Assembly (NCBI GenBank): GCA_030704615.1
Contig: CM060731.1
Coordinates: forward strand, 90,210,001-90,274,000
Origin: Takakia lepidozioides
Taxonomy: Eukaryota > Plantae > Bryophyta
Direction of reading: 5' to 3'
Length of the DNA: 64,000 nucleotides
Position 1 is the stretch's first letter; every line of letters starts with the position of its first letter. Under the pieces are notes generated by a model that saw only the letters and a list, made by a program, of their open reading frames with translations, had not been told where the DNA came from and did not search any database. The translations under genes and the position numbers were made by a program. Positions 1 to 13,400 of this stretch are shown here, one piece after another.

Positions 1-130
1 TGGTTCACCATAAAAGGACTTGGTTATTTGCGAAACCCCCGTCGACACCTATAGAAGTATATATAGGGAGTAGTAACCCCGAGAGCAGTGCAAGCCTGTT
101 GAGTGACCAAAAGCTAGTGAGTAAGTAAGC

Positions 131-1242
131 ATGCCGGAAAACGACCAGGGTGTGAAAGCCGATGATCCTAGTGAGCCCGATGGGTCTGACGCGATGCCGA
201 AGCGGCAAACGAAAGAGACTATTTATGCTTCTGAAAGTGAGGCCGCTCAAGAGCAAGAGACATTTGGGGAGTCGGAGCCTGAGGACTCTCCGAGAGACTT
301 GCCAGTCCAACAGATGCCGCTAATGCCACCATCTTTCCCGGAAGGCTTTTTGGCGCAGTTTGGCGGGACGTTGAAAGACGTGATGAGGGCGGCTAATGCC
401 ACTTCAACTAAGACGAAGTTTAAGGTGAAGCCTAAGAAACCTGACACCTTCGAGGGCGTCCGAAATCGGAAGGCACTCAACACCTGGCTCTTGGAGCTGG
501 AGCAGTACTTCCAGGCGGCCAAGCTGAGTGACGAGGATCAGGTGGAAGTGGCTCCCACCTATTTGAGGGGCTATGCTCAACAATGGTGGCAGAAGCGTCT
601 TAATAACCAAGGGCCAAACTCTGAGCCCTTGAGTTGGGGTGAGTTCAAGGAACTCATGAAAAAATAGTTTGTACCTCTCAACGCGTCCTGGCTTGCCCGG
701 GGTAAAATGAGGAACTTGAAGCAAACAGATGATATTCGAGGATATGTTCAGGCTTTCAATGTATTGTTGCTTGAAGTCGCTGACATGGCGGAACCAAAAA
801 TGGTTTTCAACTTTGTGGCGGGACTGGCCCATGGGCTAGGCGAAAGTTGGAGGAGAGACCACCAAAGTCGGATGTCCTTAGGGGTGAAAGACAGACGGAG
901 CTGAACCACAAGAAGGTCTGACGGGAATGTGATTGATTCCGATCGGAAAAGAAGTGGGATAAGCCACACGGCGGCAATGGCAATTGGAGATCGAAGGGAA
1001 GGCCTTTGCATGCCAGGGCGACACTCGGTGCTCTGAAAGGAAAAATAGGTGCAACAGCACATTGCGGACAAAAGACGACCTTTGATGGGGTGTGCTTTAA
1101 TTGCGGGGAGACTAGGCACATGGCCAAAAAATGCCCGAAACCCCGACAGTTGAACATGACAACGGCGACCACGAAGCTTTCCGAAGACTCCATCAACCGT
1201 TTGGTGGAGGCAGTAGTCGCCAAGACTTTGCAAGATAGGTGA
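131..1242 (+). pseudogene. Ty3/Gypsy gag remnant (retrotrans_gag plus CCHC zinc knuckle), 3'-truncated
   Basis: KPDTFEG..LNTWLLELEQYF..YLRGYAQQWW..LSWGEFK, then LKQTDDIRGYVQAFNVL, then CFNCGETRHMAKKC. In-frame TAG at 665-667 and a frameshift near 835. No pol follows. Confidence 0.85.
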
Positions 1243-1329
1243 CTACACGTGTGAGCTGTTCCAGGAGGCTGGTGCATCATGTAACGGAAGCTGCTTCATG
1301 TTCATAAGTAACAAAATTTTCGAAACTAA

Positions 1330-3256
1330 CGTGTCGTTGTCGTATAGGCGGTCATTTCATTTAAAAATAAAATAAAAAAGAGCGACCGCCATTGGGTGGT
1401 CGCATCATCTTTAAAAATACCAGAAAGAGTGACCACCATATGGTGGTCGCTTTATTTAAAACAAATACCTAAAAGAGCGACCGCCGTATCGACGGTCGCT
1501 TTATTTTTTTTTAAAACAAAAAATAACGACCGCCATAGGACGGTCGCTTCACTTTTTAGAGAAACTTAACAGAGCGACCGCCGTAGTGGCGGTCGCTTCA
1601 TTTTTAAAAAAATGAAAAAGAGAGACAGCCATAGTGCGGTCGTTTCATTTAAATTTAAAAAAAAGAAAGAAATTGAAAACAAAACCGTAAACGAGCTACC
1701 GCCGAATTGGCGGTCGCTCCAGTTTCTTAAAAAGCGAAGAAGAGCGACCCCCGTATGGCGGTCGCTTCAGTTTTTTTTTTTTTTTAATTTTTTTAATAAA
1801 TATAAATATATTAAAATTAAAATTTATTCTTAAAAAAAAACTTTAAGGAGCGACCGCCGTAATGGTGGTCGCTTTAGTTTCTTAAGAATCGAAAAAGAGC
1901 GACTGCCATAGGGCGGTCGCTTCATTTTCTTCTTTAAGAAAACTTTATTTAAAAAACAATATTAAATAATTATTTAAAAAGAAAACTTATAGGAGCGACC
2001 GCCGTATCGAAAAAGAGCGACCGCCATGGGGCAGTCGATTCGTTTTTTTAAGAAAAAAAAACTTTAATTTTTTAATTTTTAATTTTTAATTTCAAAAAAC
2101 ATTAAAGGAGTGACCACTATATTGGCGGTCGCTTCAGTTTCTTAAAAATCGAAGAAGAGTGACCGCTGTATGTCGATCGCTTCATTTTTTAAAATTGAAA
2201 AAACCTTATTTTAAATTTTAACTATTATTTTTTCTTAAAAACTTAAAGGAGCGACCGCAGTATTGGCGGTCGCTTCAGTTTTTAAAAAAGCGAAAAAGAG
2301 CGACCCCCATATGGCGGTCGCTTGATTTTTAAAATAAATAAACGAAAATGAGCGACCACCGTAGTGGCAGTCGCTTCATTATTTTAAAAAATGAAAAAAA
2401 GCGACCGCCGTATTGGCAGTTGCTTCATATATATTTTTATAAAAGGAGCGACTGCCGTAGTTGCAGTTTCTTCATTTAAAGTTTAAAAAAAAAAGAGCCA
2501 CTGCCGCTAAATGGCGGCCGCTAAATTTTAAAAAACAAAACAAGGCTGCATTTTAAATAAAAAAGAAGCGACGGTTTGGCGGTCGCTTAATTTTAGAATA
2601 AAAATAAAAATATGCGATGGCCGGCGAATGGCGGTCGCTGTATTTTTTTAAATATTTTCTAAACTGCAAGCGACTGCCAATCTTGGCGGTTGCTTAATTT
2701 TTAAAAATAATAATTTTCAAGCGACCGCCAATATAGGCCGTCGCTTAATTTAAAATATAATAAATTGCAAGCGACCGCCAATATGGGCGGTCGCTCCATT
2801 TAAAACTTTATAAATTGCCGACAACCGCCAATATAGGCGGTCGCTTAATTTAAAAAAATATTAAATTACAAGCGACAGCCAATATGGGTGGTCGCTTGAT
2901 TTAAAAAATAATAACTTTTAAGCGTCCGCTAATATGGGCGGACGTATTTTTTTAATTAATTAATTAATAAAATTTAATAATTGGCCACGTCTGTTTTACA
3001 CCGTGGCTGCCATGTCATTACAAAGGATAAACGTAAATCGTAAAAGTCAAATAAATAAATAAAATACATGGGTAGACGTCTGGATTCGATGTGACGTGAC
3101 GCACGTCCAACGTGTCCGGGCCACGTCACGTCAGGAATGATAACTAGGGGTACTTGGTAGGTCCAACTTGGCTCTCGGGTAATGAGGACAGCAAAACTCG
3201 TGGACCCACTGCGGAAGACTAATTGACAGCATGGGATACGCACTGGCACACTCTCA
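1330..3256. mobile_element. Probable subterminal region and end of a non-autonomous MULE/foldback-type DNA transposon
   Basis: Hairpin array, then a cluster of CCACGTC/TGACGTG motifs (2984-3133), then an end-like ...GGCACACTCTC at 3256. No partner terminus or TSD found. Confidence 0.4.
1380..2945. repeat. Array of ~28 palindromic hairpins AGCGACCGCC-N4-6-GGCGGTCGCT separated by A/T-run spacers (~50-bp period)
   Basis: Units visible at e.g. 1380, 1475, 1572, 1848, 2249, 2719, 2769, 2870. Confidence 0.9.
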
Positions 3257-5600
3257 AATGACATATGGGGGGAATATGTGTAATGGTATGGTATACCCTA
3301 ACAGTCATCATACTGTATTCAAAGCTGAAAAAAATTGCAATCATACATGCCCATGCAAACTAATTTGTATTGCTCATAAATTAGTGAAGGTCTTTGTATT
3401 GTAAGGCTGGATTGTAACAAATAGGAGAAAAGCTCGATGCCGTGACAAAAACTGAAGAAAACTTGCATATTGTACCTTGTATGCTGATCATTGTATGCCA
3501 TACCTTCTACCCCTATTGTATCATTACACATACCCATGCTAGCTTGGGTTCATCAATCCTCAATATAGGTCTCAAGCGGAGTATGAAAGTAGTTCATACT
3601 TAGACTGGTATGGTAGGTAGGGGGGTAGGTCCAGTGTTCAAAACCCGGGTCCATGGTATAGCCGGGGTACATGCCCCAAGACATACCCAACTGGTATGTT
3701 CTACAATACCCTTACTCATACCAGTGCACATACCCCGGCCTACTTGCACATACCAGTACAACACTGGTACCCACCTTGAAATGCTTCCGGGCTGAATATA
3801 TATCATGACCAAAGATTTGAAGGGCGGACAGTTGGAATGGCCTCCTTGCCATTATGTAAGATTACCTTTTAAGTGAAGGCTAACCAAAACTAATCACTAC
3901 ACGTCATGAGTTCACAATGCAACGTATGGCTAAAGAAAAGAAAAAGAAAAATATGTTGATCTTCTTTCTCTCTCCTGGGCGGCGTTAGAAGTCTCTGCGT
4001 TCGAAGAAGATTCAGCAAGCTGAACTGACGACGCTTAAATCAGTGCAGGTCCCCAGTCTGAAATTAAGATGTGGCAACAGTCCAAACAGACAGATTTTGG
4101 TTGCCTTGATGGCGAAATAATTTGTGTAATTGGCATTCAAACTTTTGAAAGAAATCTTTGAATGCAAAAGAAATCAAGAAAGAACTTCGGTAGGCTGCAA
4201 CAAGGTCGTTCACTACGGCTACTACGGCATGTAACCGGCTCACCTTTGCACCAATGTCAAAGCGCCACGTAGGCGAGAGTCGGGCCCAGTGCGCTACGAG
4301 TTTCGGCATGCTAAGCACCACAAAATTCAATAGACAGTCTCCACTTTCTGTTTGTAAATAGATCTATACGAAGTAGGGATTTGAGCGAATTGTTGCAACC
4401 CGTTCGAGGCTCAGAGCACACAGAGATATATTCACAAGATCCCAGAGGGGTTCACATTATTGTAGCCCAAACTCAAAGCACGTCAGAGCCATCGCAGTGG
4501 TGTTTCAAGCCCAGGCGCTCAGCTGCTCTGCCTAAAGGTAGGGCATGTGTCCATATCAGCACACTTCAAAACAGACAGAGTGACAAAGAAAACTCAGAAC
4601 AACATGAAATTGACCCAAACAGGTTCACTTCACAAAACTGGCAGTCAATCACGGCAAGGGAAAACCTGTTATGGGAGCCTTCCATGCTTCATCCAGACCA
4701 AGTCAATAGTTTGACACATTCACCACAGTAAGGTACGAAATCATCGTACTACATACTCATGCTGTGGGTATTGGACCGAGTGGCGTGTCAGGATTTATAG
4801 CTAGCCCATTGCGCAAGCGCTAGACCTCCGCTGAGTTATATTGCATATCAAAAACATCATCCACACCACGACTCTACGTTTCAGTGTAGTTTCAGAATAG
4901 GACTGCAAGCAGGCGCACGCCATCAAGGCAACGTACACCATAAACACGAGACTGTTATCCAAATGCGGAAACCCAGCAACAAACCTAAAACCAAGGTACA
5001 AAAGCGCAAAGACTACAGAGAAAAAGAAGCGAACGTTTACAGGGGGAAAGAGGCATAAACCAAGAGCGGGGCCGACAGAAGAAACCAACACGAGATGGCT
5101 AGAGCGAACACAACAGGAGTAGTAAAACAGAAGCCAGACACGAGCATATATCAGCAACGAACGGGCGAAAGGCATGGGGTGAGAAGTGGCAGCAGCCTAG
5201 GTAGATCCGAAGGCGGCAGCGTGTGCGATTTTGTAGTATAGCGACAGGCTCGGCCCCTTCCTAAACTGTGGGTTCGGACAACCCGGTGCTGATGTGACGA
5301 ACGCATCCATCGGAGCCTCATTCGTTCGTCCCGGCCTGGCGTGATATAGAAGGGGAGCGCCGCTCCCTCCGATCTACAACCGCTTGCATTCAGACCTCTC
5401 CCTCTCTCCCGCGAGGCTTCTTAAATCTTCTTCGTGTGGAAAACGTTTTTCTCAGAGACGGTAACTCCAATCTTCTTTCTGGGTTATCTAATGTCTTGGT
5501 GTTTACACTATTGCTTCGTCACAGTCTCTCTCTCGCAAATCCGGCCCCTCTGTCGAGATTTCCACCTTTCTCTCGTTGTCCTTCGCGTCTCTCCCTGTCC

Positions 5601-6219
5601 ATGAGTTCAAGAGGTCGGGTAAAATCCCCATGGGTGTTGTATTTTGATGGAGCTGTAAGGGCTAATGGTGGCCCGGCGGGCCTAGGAGCCGTGCTGAAGA
5701 ATAGCTATGGTCACGTTGTGGCCACCGTCAAGACGGGGCTGGGAAGTGGTGTCCCGCTCAAAGTGGCTGAGTACAAAGCTTTAGTTGCAGGACTAGAGAA
5801 AGCCAAATGGTTGAATGTTCGACACCTCGTTGCCAAAGGCGATTCTCTTCTGGACTTCAACCAGGTACAGTATCAGTGAGGGGGAACGCTGAACAAATTT
5901 CACTGGTTCTCCCACAAGCTGAATTCTGGATTCTCATAACTTGTCCTGGGTTATATTGGCGGAAGGGCTTGGGGATAGTTTCTCTGCTGTTGCTAATGCC
6001 AGCTTTCCTCGCAGGTGTCGGGAGGTAAGGGATGAGAGCCTACAACCATACTGGCAAAAAGTAGCGAGCCTTGCCAAAGAATTCAAGAGCTTCCGATTGC
6101 AACACATACCCAGAGAGTACAACGAGCATGCTGACAAGCTTGCCAATGAAGCCATTGATGCACAGCTTGCGAAAAGTGACTTCTGTGAGGAATTTGGCAT
6201 TGATTTCTTCCGACCCTGA
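5601..6219 (+). CDS. Ribonuclease HI-like protein (archaeal/plant type), two exons (5601-5875, 6015-6219)
   Basis: WVLYFDGA..GLGAVL..AEYKALVAGLEKA..KGDS / FRLQHIPREYNEHADKLANEAID, with all four acidic residues (D,E,D,D) present. Donor GTGAG at 5876 spliced to the CAG acceptor ending 6014 keeps the frame. Confidence 0.75.
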
Positions 6220-7650
6220 CTCTGACGATGACCGCTTTCTCCCTCCCGCATATCGTCCACCTCGATTCCTAAGCAGCTATTGAGTGGATTACCAACAGTA
6301 GGTTGGAATAACAGCGGTGCAAATGATGCGACTTCCAGGTTTCGAGTCGAGACATCACCAACCTTGTAGGAAGCTCAACTTCAAAGGAACCATCTTTTGT
6401 ATTGACACCTCCCGCCCACCAGCATGCCAGGCTTTTCATCCAGGGGGTTCAGTTTGGAAACTTCTGACTTGGCACTATGGCTTCCATACTAAAATGTGTT
6501 GCTTCCAATGACTAACAAATGCAATAATATGATCTTCAATCAGGTTCCTTGTCAATGAACCTATTCTTCATAATCTCACGACTCAATTTCATCAAAGGCT
6601 TTGTAACAGTTCCATTCAAGAATGGCCTACTGTTATGCTGGCTAGCTGGGGAGGTCTTCACATTGCCTGCTGAAAACAAAGGGCACCGGGCGTATTCGAA
6701 TTTCCCAAAACTACAGCTTTGTGCCCTGTGGGTTTTGCCTGGGTTCAGTCAGGAATGGCAACCCCGGATGTCAACAAGGACAATGTTGGTCTTATGGAAC
6801 AGTCCAACTAGACTTACCATCACAAGGACACTTCCCAGTAGCCAATGGTGTCCATCCACCTATGCACACCACCCCACTTGATGAATTATATATACATCAT
6901 ACTTAATCATCTGACTCATCAGACCCATCAATGCAATTCTACAGTGGCAAATTGACCTGTAACAACTAAGAATCATGGGGGGTATCCTCCACTAGTGATA
7001 CCCCCAACAAACCCTTGAATGATCCCAGCCAGACACTGGTCATACACTTTTAAGTTTGATTGTTTTATTCAGAAAGTTGCCCAGCCAGGGTGTGCCATAC
7101 TACTGGTCCCTACACCACATCAGAACCCTCCTCAAAACTCAAGAGCTCAGTGCTCCAAGCCAGCCCCATTACGAAGATGGTTGAATGTACTTCCAAAATC
7201 CCTTCAGTTCACATTACATGGCCGATGACCACAAGTGCTTTACTTCCAATAGATTGCTAAAGATATAGATCCCCAGATCCAAAGATTCCTCTAAACCAGG
7301 GGATCATGACCTGCTAAACCACAACCCACTGCTGCACATCTTAGTCACATCAAATGAAAATCCATAGATGCTTCAACACTCTGGGAATGCCAAGCGTGCA
7401 TCCTCTGTACAAAGCTTTGGAGTTACCCTCTCTGAGGAACATTAAGCAACAGCAATCAAGTACTACTTATGACCACTTGTTCCCTCTTCCTTACACCATC
7501 CATCCAGAATTAGCCATGTGTTCTATGACCAGCACAAAATGGAAAAGCAGTCTACAAAGCACTCAGCATCTGCACTATGCTTTGTACTTTTAGTGAAATA
7601 GTAAATGCTTAGACAGAATATGCAACCAGAACGAAGTCGGTGGAGACTTG

Positions 7651-10384
7651 TCAAGCACCTTGGAAGTCTCCAAAATCTTCCTCAGCAGCATTGTCAGCTT
7701 CTGCACCATCAGCCACAGCTCCTACTGTTCCAATGAACCCAATGCTGCTGAAGGATGGGTCCATTGACTTTGAAGCAGATATTGACGGTGACCTAATGGG
7801 GGGACAGGGTGCAGACATGAGCAGCGGAGGGGGGGGAGGCGGTACCAGACATGGGAAACCATTTAAACGTTTTGGGTAATTTTCAGGGGTATCTGGATTT
7901 GGCATTGCCTGTCTCCCTGATGAAACATCCAAACTCTTCTCAAGGATTTTGGCCTTCAATACACTTCCAGAGCTCCTGTTTGGCTGCAAACAAAACAGAC
8001 GGAACTTTTAATTGCAAGTTCACATGCTTGTAGGGATGGCTTGAAGGTCATACGACCTGTGTTGCTGCACTACTCCTGGAATAGGGACAACAATATGGTA
8101 TGGGGATAACGGAGGAGAAATGAAATGAAATGGTGCTTTATAGAAAGAAAGAAAGAAATGAAATGAAATGAAATGGTGCTTTATAACGTCCGCGGAAAGC
8201 TCGTAGAGCTTATGGGACAAAATGGAAGAAAACATGAGAGAGGAACAAATCCAGAAACCACAATTAATGTTCTAGCGATTGTCTAAGGGTGAAGGCCTCG
8301 TGTAGGTAGGCTGCCAAGCATTTTTGATCCTCATAGTGAAAGACATCAGTGAGAGTTTGGGTTCCACTGAATAAACAGTGGAATCTCCCACGGATCTCGT
8401 AGTATAGAGGGCAGTAGAAGAAGAAGTGTTCTTCAGAAAGAAAGAAAGACACAGACAAGGAGAACACATCCAAAAAGACAAAGAAAGAAATAAACTTCAT
8501 AACGCAACACAGAGACACAACACATCCACCACATAGATGCAAGAAGAGGAGGATGTTTCGCGGGCGGACTCTTATTCACAACTTCTGGAAAAGGACATGC
8601 CCTGACACACACACTTACAGTATTGAGCTGCAGCCGAAGTGTCTCACCCTCCTTCAAACTGTAGTCGGCCGAGGGCTTGGAATGATAGTCTTGCTCCATT
8701 TCCTCTGCCTCTTTCTTCTTGTTCAGATATCTTCAAAGTTTTACAGTCAAAGGAAGCACATTAGATTTCTGGCACTCCAATTTAGTTTGGTTCCAAAGAG
8801 ATGGATACATCTTCATTAGACTACTTAGGCTGTGACCTTTGGACCCCATGCCTGGTCTGCACAGAGCTTAAAGGCGAGAGAGGGGGTAGGGCCCACTACT
8901 ATCCAATAAGGCTCCAGTAGTGGGGCACATGAGAGACACAAAGAATGTACTCATAAGACGTTGTTTGCCGTAGCAGAACCCGCGCCCAGAACCGTTACTA
9001 CCTTTGTGAAGGGCTCAGGCTGGTAGTGTGACTTACCATGAGAGACACAGAGATTGTACTCATAAGACGTTGTTTGCCGTAGCCTTGTGGCCATTGACCC
9101 CGCGCCCAGTTTGAGCGGGAACAAAAGGGACAGAACCTACCTCTATCAGGGGCTGACGTTGGGAGACACAGAGAGAGGAAGGGAGAGGACACAGGTTCCT
9201 CTCTCACTTGAGAACAACGAACACAGAGAAATACTTTGTTGTCTGTCCTAGGTCAACTGTAAGGTGTTGAAACTCCCCTCCCCACAAGTGGCCATAATAG
9301 TTGTGCTCCTGCTTATGCATTTGGACATGATGCAGCCACCGGGTTTTGAGGCTTCTTGCAGGTCCTGCTCATCTTTTGGTTTCATTTCCTATCTGGTTGA
9401 CTTTGATTAGGTGCCAGTGTACAGTGGCTTGCTTCTTATTCTTGGATTGTCATCAGCCTGACAACTTTTCCCTGGTTTAAGGCTGATATCTAATTCCTAG
9501 CCCCGTCTCTGCATCTATTCTGCGGGTTTGGGTGTGCCACAGTTTAGATCAAAGTTTTGCATTTTTGGGTTAGGGTGCTCCCTGTTTTGTGCTAAACAAC
9601 CTAAAGATGAGATGCATAACGGAAGCTCACCCAGGGCGAGATGAATGAGCTCAGATTGCAGGTGCAGAACATTGCCACAACTACAAGAAGCTAAAAAAGC
9701 ATGATAATGTCTAATCTACAGTCTGAGAGCATACTTGACATGGTCAAATAGAGCTGCTTGGAAGTCATATGCCTGCGGTCTCTCCCGGAACCCAAGACCA
9801 ATGAAGGCATGCTTGCTTTTGCCACCTGCCCCATTGTCTTCTGTCAGTCTCTTGCACACGCCACAAACTGAATGTCGATAAACATTTTCAACCACCCTAT
9901 CTCTCTCTCTCTAGGCTACGGCTAACAATGTCTTATGAGTACATTCATTCTCCCTCTCTCTCAGGCAAGTCCCATGAACCCCTCACAAAGGATGCATCTG
10001 TTCCCTCTTGTTCTGCCCAAACTGGACGCAGGATCTATGGCCAGGATCATGGCTACGGAAAACAACATCTCATGAATAGATTCTCTCACTCTCTCAAGGT
10101 CTCACCATTGTCCAAGTAGGGGCCTGAGCAACAGTGCTCAAATCAAAATTGTGTTTTCTAGCAAACTAAAATCAATAACCCTGCAACCGGGCTGTCAAGT
10201 TTGCATGCGGACAAGTGCCTCTGTGAGCGCCTCAATGGCAGTTCAATGGCAGTTGCGGGAAAATAAGTTTATACCTGCAGCTGAACTGCCGGGATAAGCT
10301 AAACCCTGGTGGGTGCCAACCCTAAAAAAGGCTCCAAGGCTCCACGAGGATTATTTTCCTTTGGGTCAATGGCAAGTCTCTCTC

Positions 10385-10415
<31 letters not shown>

Positions 10416-13400
10416 TACTTATGCCTTCTCCCTGTCCTCTAGGAAGCCTATTGACATTGGATGGACTTGAAACGGGAGTACATTAATGTCTCTGTGACTA
10501 AATGCCGGCCTTGTGACCTCGTGTCCTTGTTTGTTTCGACCTGAAGCGCTTTGCTTCAGGTAAGGTAGTGCATTGGATTTAGTTGGAAAGCTTGGGGCCT
10601 TTCCCTCTTTAGAATATGCCTACACGGGCCATTCCCTGCAACTCCCTGGAGTGTGATCTCTGAATGGTAACAAGCGGACTCCTGCCGCTTGGGGGCAGCC
10701 CCTCCGCCCAAATTGGGCAGTCGTATGCTCTGTCTAGCATACTAGGCACTTGGGCTCGGGTTGGTTCCTGTGCTTAAACTTATGGCCTGCGAAAACAATC
10801 AAAAATTTAGCTCCTATCAACATCAACACTCCTCAGGGTGATCCCTGGGAATTGGTTACTTATGCCAAATCTAGGGCTTCATGTGTAGTTTTTGGGGTGA
10901 ATCCCAGGATGGACGATGTGTCCTTTAAAACTACATGCTCTAGCTTAGGCTTGGATTTCATGGCTAATGGTACCATCTCGAGACTTGATAACAGGGGTAC
11001 GTTGAAGGTTGCAATGACCAAAAGTGCTTCTAATAGAGTCCCGCATCAATTCAATCTCAAAGAAGTTCGTCCCTTGACTGGCTGGAGAGCGGTCTTAGAC
11101 ATTGGTGATTCAATGGGGCGCTCTAGGAAGACAACCAAGGGCAACAACTTCAACTTGAGAGTTTCTAATCGGTTTGATGCTCTGGATGAGGTTGAATCCA
11201 AACAGCCAGAAGGACAAGATGCCCCTAAGTGTACGGAACCTGAACGTCCTGAATCCGAAGGATTTGGTACTCTGAATGGTTTACCAATCCTCAAGGTTTA
11301 CACAAGACGAACAAATTCTATACACGGGGTAATTGTCCCCAAGCCGTCAGATGGACAATCTGTCCCTAAGTGTGCAGAGCCTGAACGTCGTGTAACTGAA
11401 GGATTTGGTACTCTAAATGGTTTACCAATCCTCAAAGTCTACACAAGACGAGCAAAATCTATACATGGGGTAATTGTCCCCAAGCAGTCTGACGGACAAT
11501 CTGCCCCTATGTGTGCGGAGCCTGTGCGTCGTGTAACTGAAAGATTTGGTACCCTGAATGGTTTACCAATTCTCAAAGTTTACACAAGACGAGCAAAATC
11601 TACACATGGGGTAACTGTCCCCCCTTTGCAGAACGGTTGGCCGTCCAGGAGCAATCACAAGCTACCTAGACGACAAACAATTCACACGCAAAGGGCTGGC
11701 TTGCGGCTGGCCACTTTCAACTTCTCAGGGTTGACCAACCAAAGGAAACAACTTGAAGTGGGACAAGTTCTTCGGACTAATGATATTCATATCTGTGCTG
11801 GGCAAGAAACATGGGGTGATATCGACCATGCAGCATTGCAGGACGCCTACATGGAAGCATTTCTCCAGGTGCAACTGTTGGGGGATAGCAGACGCAACCT
11901 GGATAATCAGCGACTGGCAGGTGATGATATTCATGAAGATCATGCGACAACACCCCCTCCTGCTTTGCCTTCTCATCAAGTACATTGGGATGTCCTGCAG
12001 CGAGCTCATAAACAGTCCCTTCCAGTCACGCCTACTTCACCTATGTTCGGGTCACCCACAGAGCTGTTGCAAGATGGTGTCGGATAAACTGGTTGGAGAT
12101 GTCATTGGTTATAAATGGGCAGGTAAGATGTGTACTCTCAAGGCAGCCTCTGCCAAACGCGGTCAAAAAGGGGTCGGATTCTTTGTCCGTGATTTCTTGT
12201 TTGACAATTGTGAAATTATCAACAAGGGTTTGAGGTACGAGCATAGTATCTGGCTAAAACTGAATTTGAAGGGCGGCATGAGTACAAAGGACCTCTTTGT
12301 TGGTTGTGTTTACATGCCCACAGAGGGGACCCTTAGTGCTGACGCAGACAAGGCCTTCGAAGATGTAAAGCTGGACTGTGCTTCGTTCCTTGCCAAAGGT
12401 CAGGTGGTACTATTGGGGGACTTCAATGCCCGGGTGGGCAAAGGGATCCATCAGGACGATATCATTGGACCTTTTGGTGAGGACGAGCTGAATTCTAATG
12501 GCAGACGGTTAATTAACTGTCTAGAAGAGCTTCAGCTTTTGACCTTGAATAACAGGACAAGAGGTGACCAAGTGCAGTGGACTCGTGAGAAACCCCAAAC
12601 TGGGGAACGTTCCATTGTGGACTATATCATAATGGACAAAATTTTGTTCCCCCAGTGTGCCAATGTGTTGATCGACAGAACTGATATTGGTACCTCTGAC
12701 CACTTCCTGGTTTGGACTGAGATCAAAAGGTGTTTTCCCACCACCAAGAGATCTGTGAAACGTTCGATTCGGAAGTGGCGCATAGAAAATGGTGGTAATG
12801 ACAAGAAATTCTGGTTGGCCCTTCAACGTTTGTACAAACCGAAAAACGGTCAGCAAGTACAAGCGCTGAAGACTACTAAAGGTGCAGTGGTGACTTCATC
12901 GGTTGACATTGTCAAAACCTTTGAAACTCACTACAGTATCCTTGGCAGAACTTCTAGGTCTAACAGTGAGGGGTCTTCTGCTGAATGGAGGGACACAGTT
13001 GGAGAAACTGTTCCTATGATTCCCCTGATGAACTGGAGTATATTTCAATGGCTTATAATGCTCCCATTAGTTCTTCTGAGATTGTGGAAGCAATTGAACA
13101 TTTAAATGGATATAAAGCTGGTGGACCTGATGGTATTGTCAACGAGCTTATCAAGCACGGTGGCGATCCCATGATAGAGGCCCTAGTTCTCCTCTTTAAC
13201 CTTATCTGGAAGACTGAAATGATCCCCTTTCGCTGGCGACAGGGGGTCATTGTCAATCTATACAAGAAGGGTGACAGAGAAGAACCGGGGAACTACCGTG
13301 GCATCACGCTCCTCAATGCTGTTGGCAAGACATTCTGCAGAGTTATAAGTACTCGTCTCGAGGTTGATCTGGAGTCTAGAGGTTGTTTCCACGAAGGCCA

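Noticed and set aside
1380-2945. CRISPR array
   Set aside because: Spacers are low-complexity A/T runs, repeats are degenerate, there are no cas genes, and the context is eukaryotic.
3632-3767. hAT-type MITE (CAGTGTT..AACACTG)
   Set aside because: Only a 7-8-bp inverted match and no 8-bp TSD.
10620-10750. HDV-like ribozyme in the LINE 5' UTR
   Set aside because: Hairpins are present, but I could not build the nested double pseudoknot by eye. A covariance-model search is needed.
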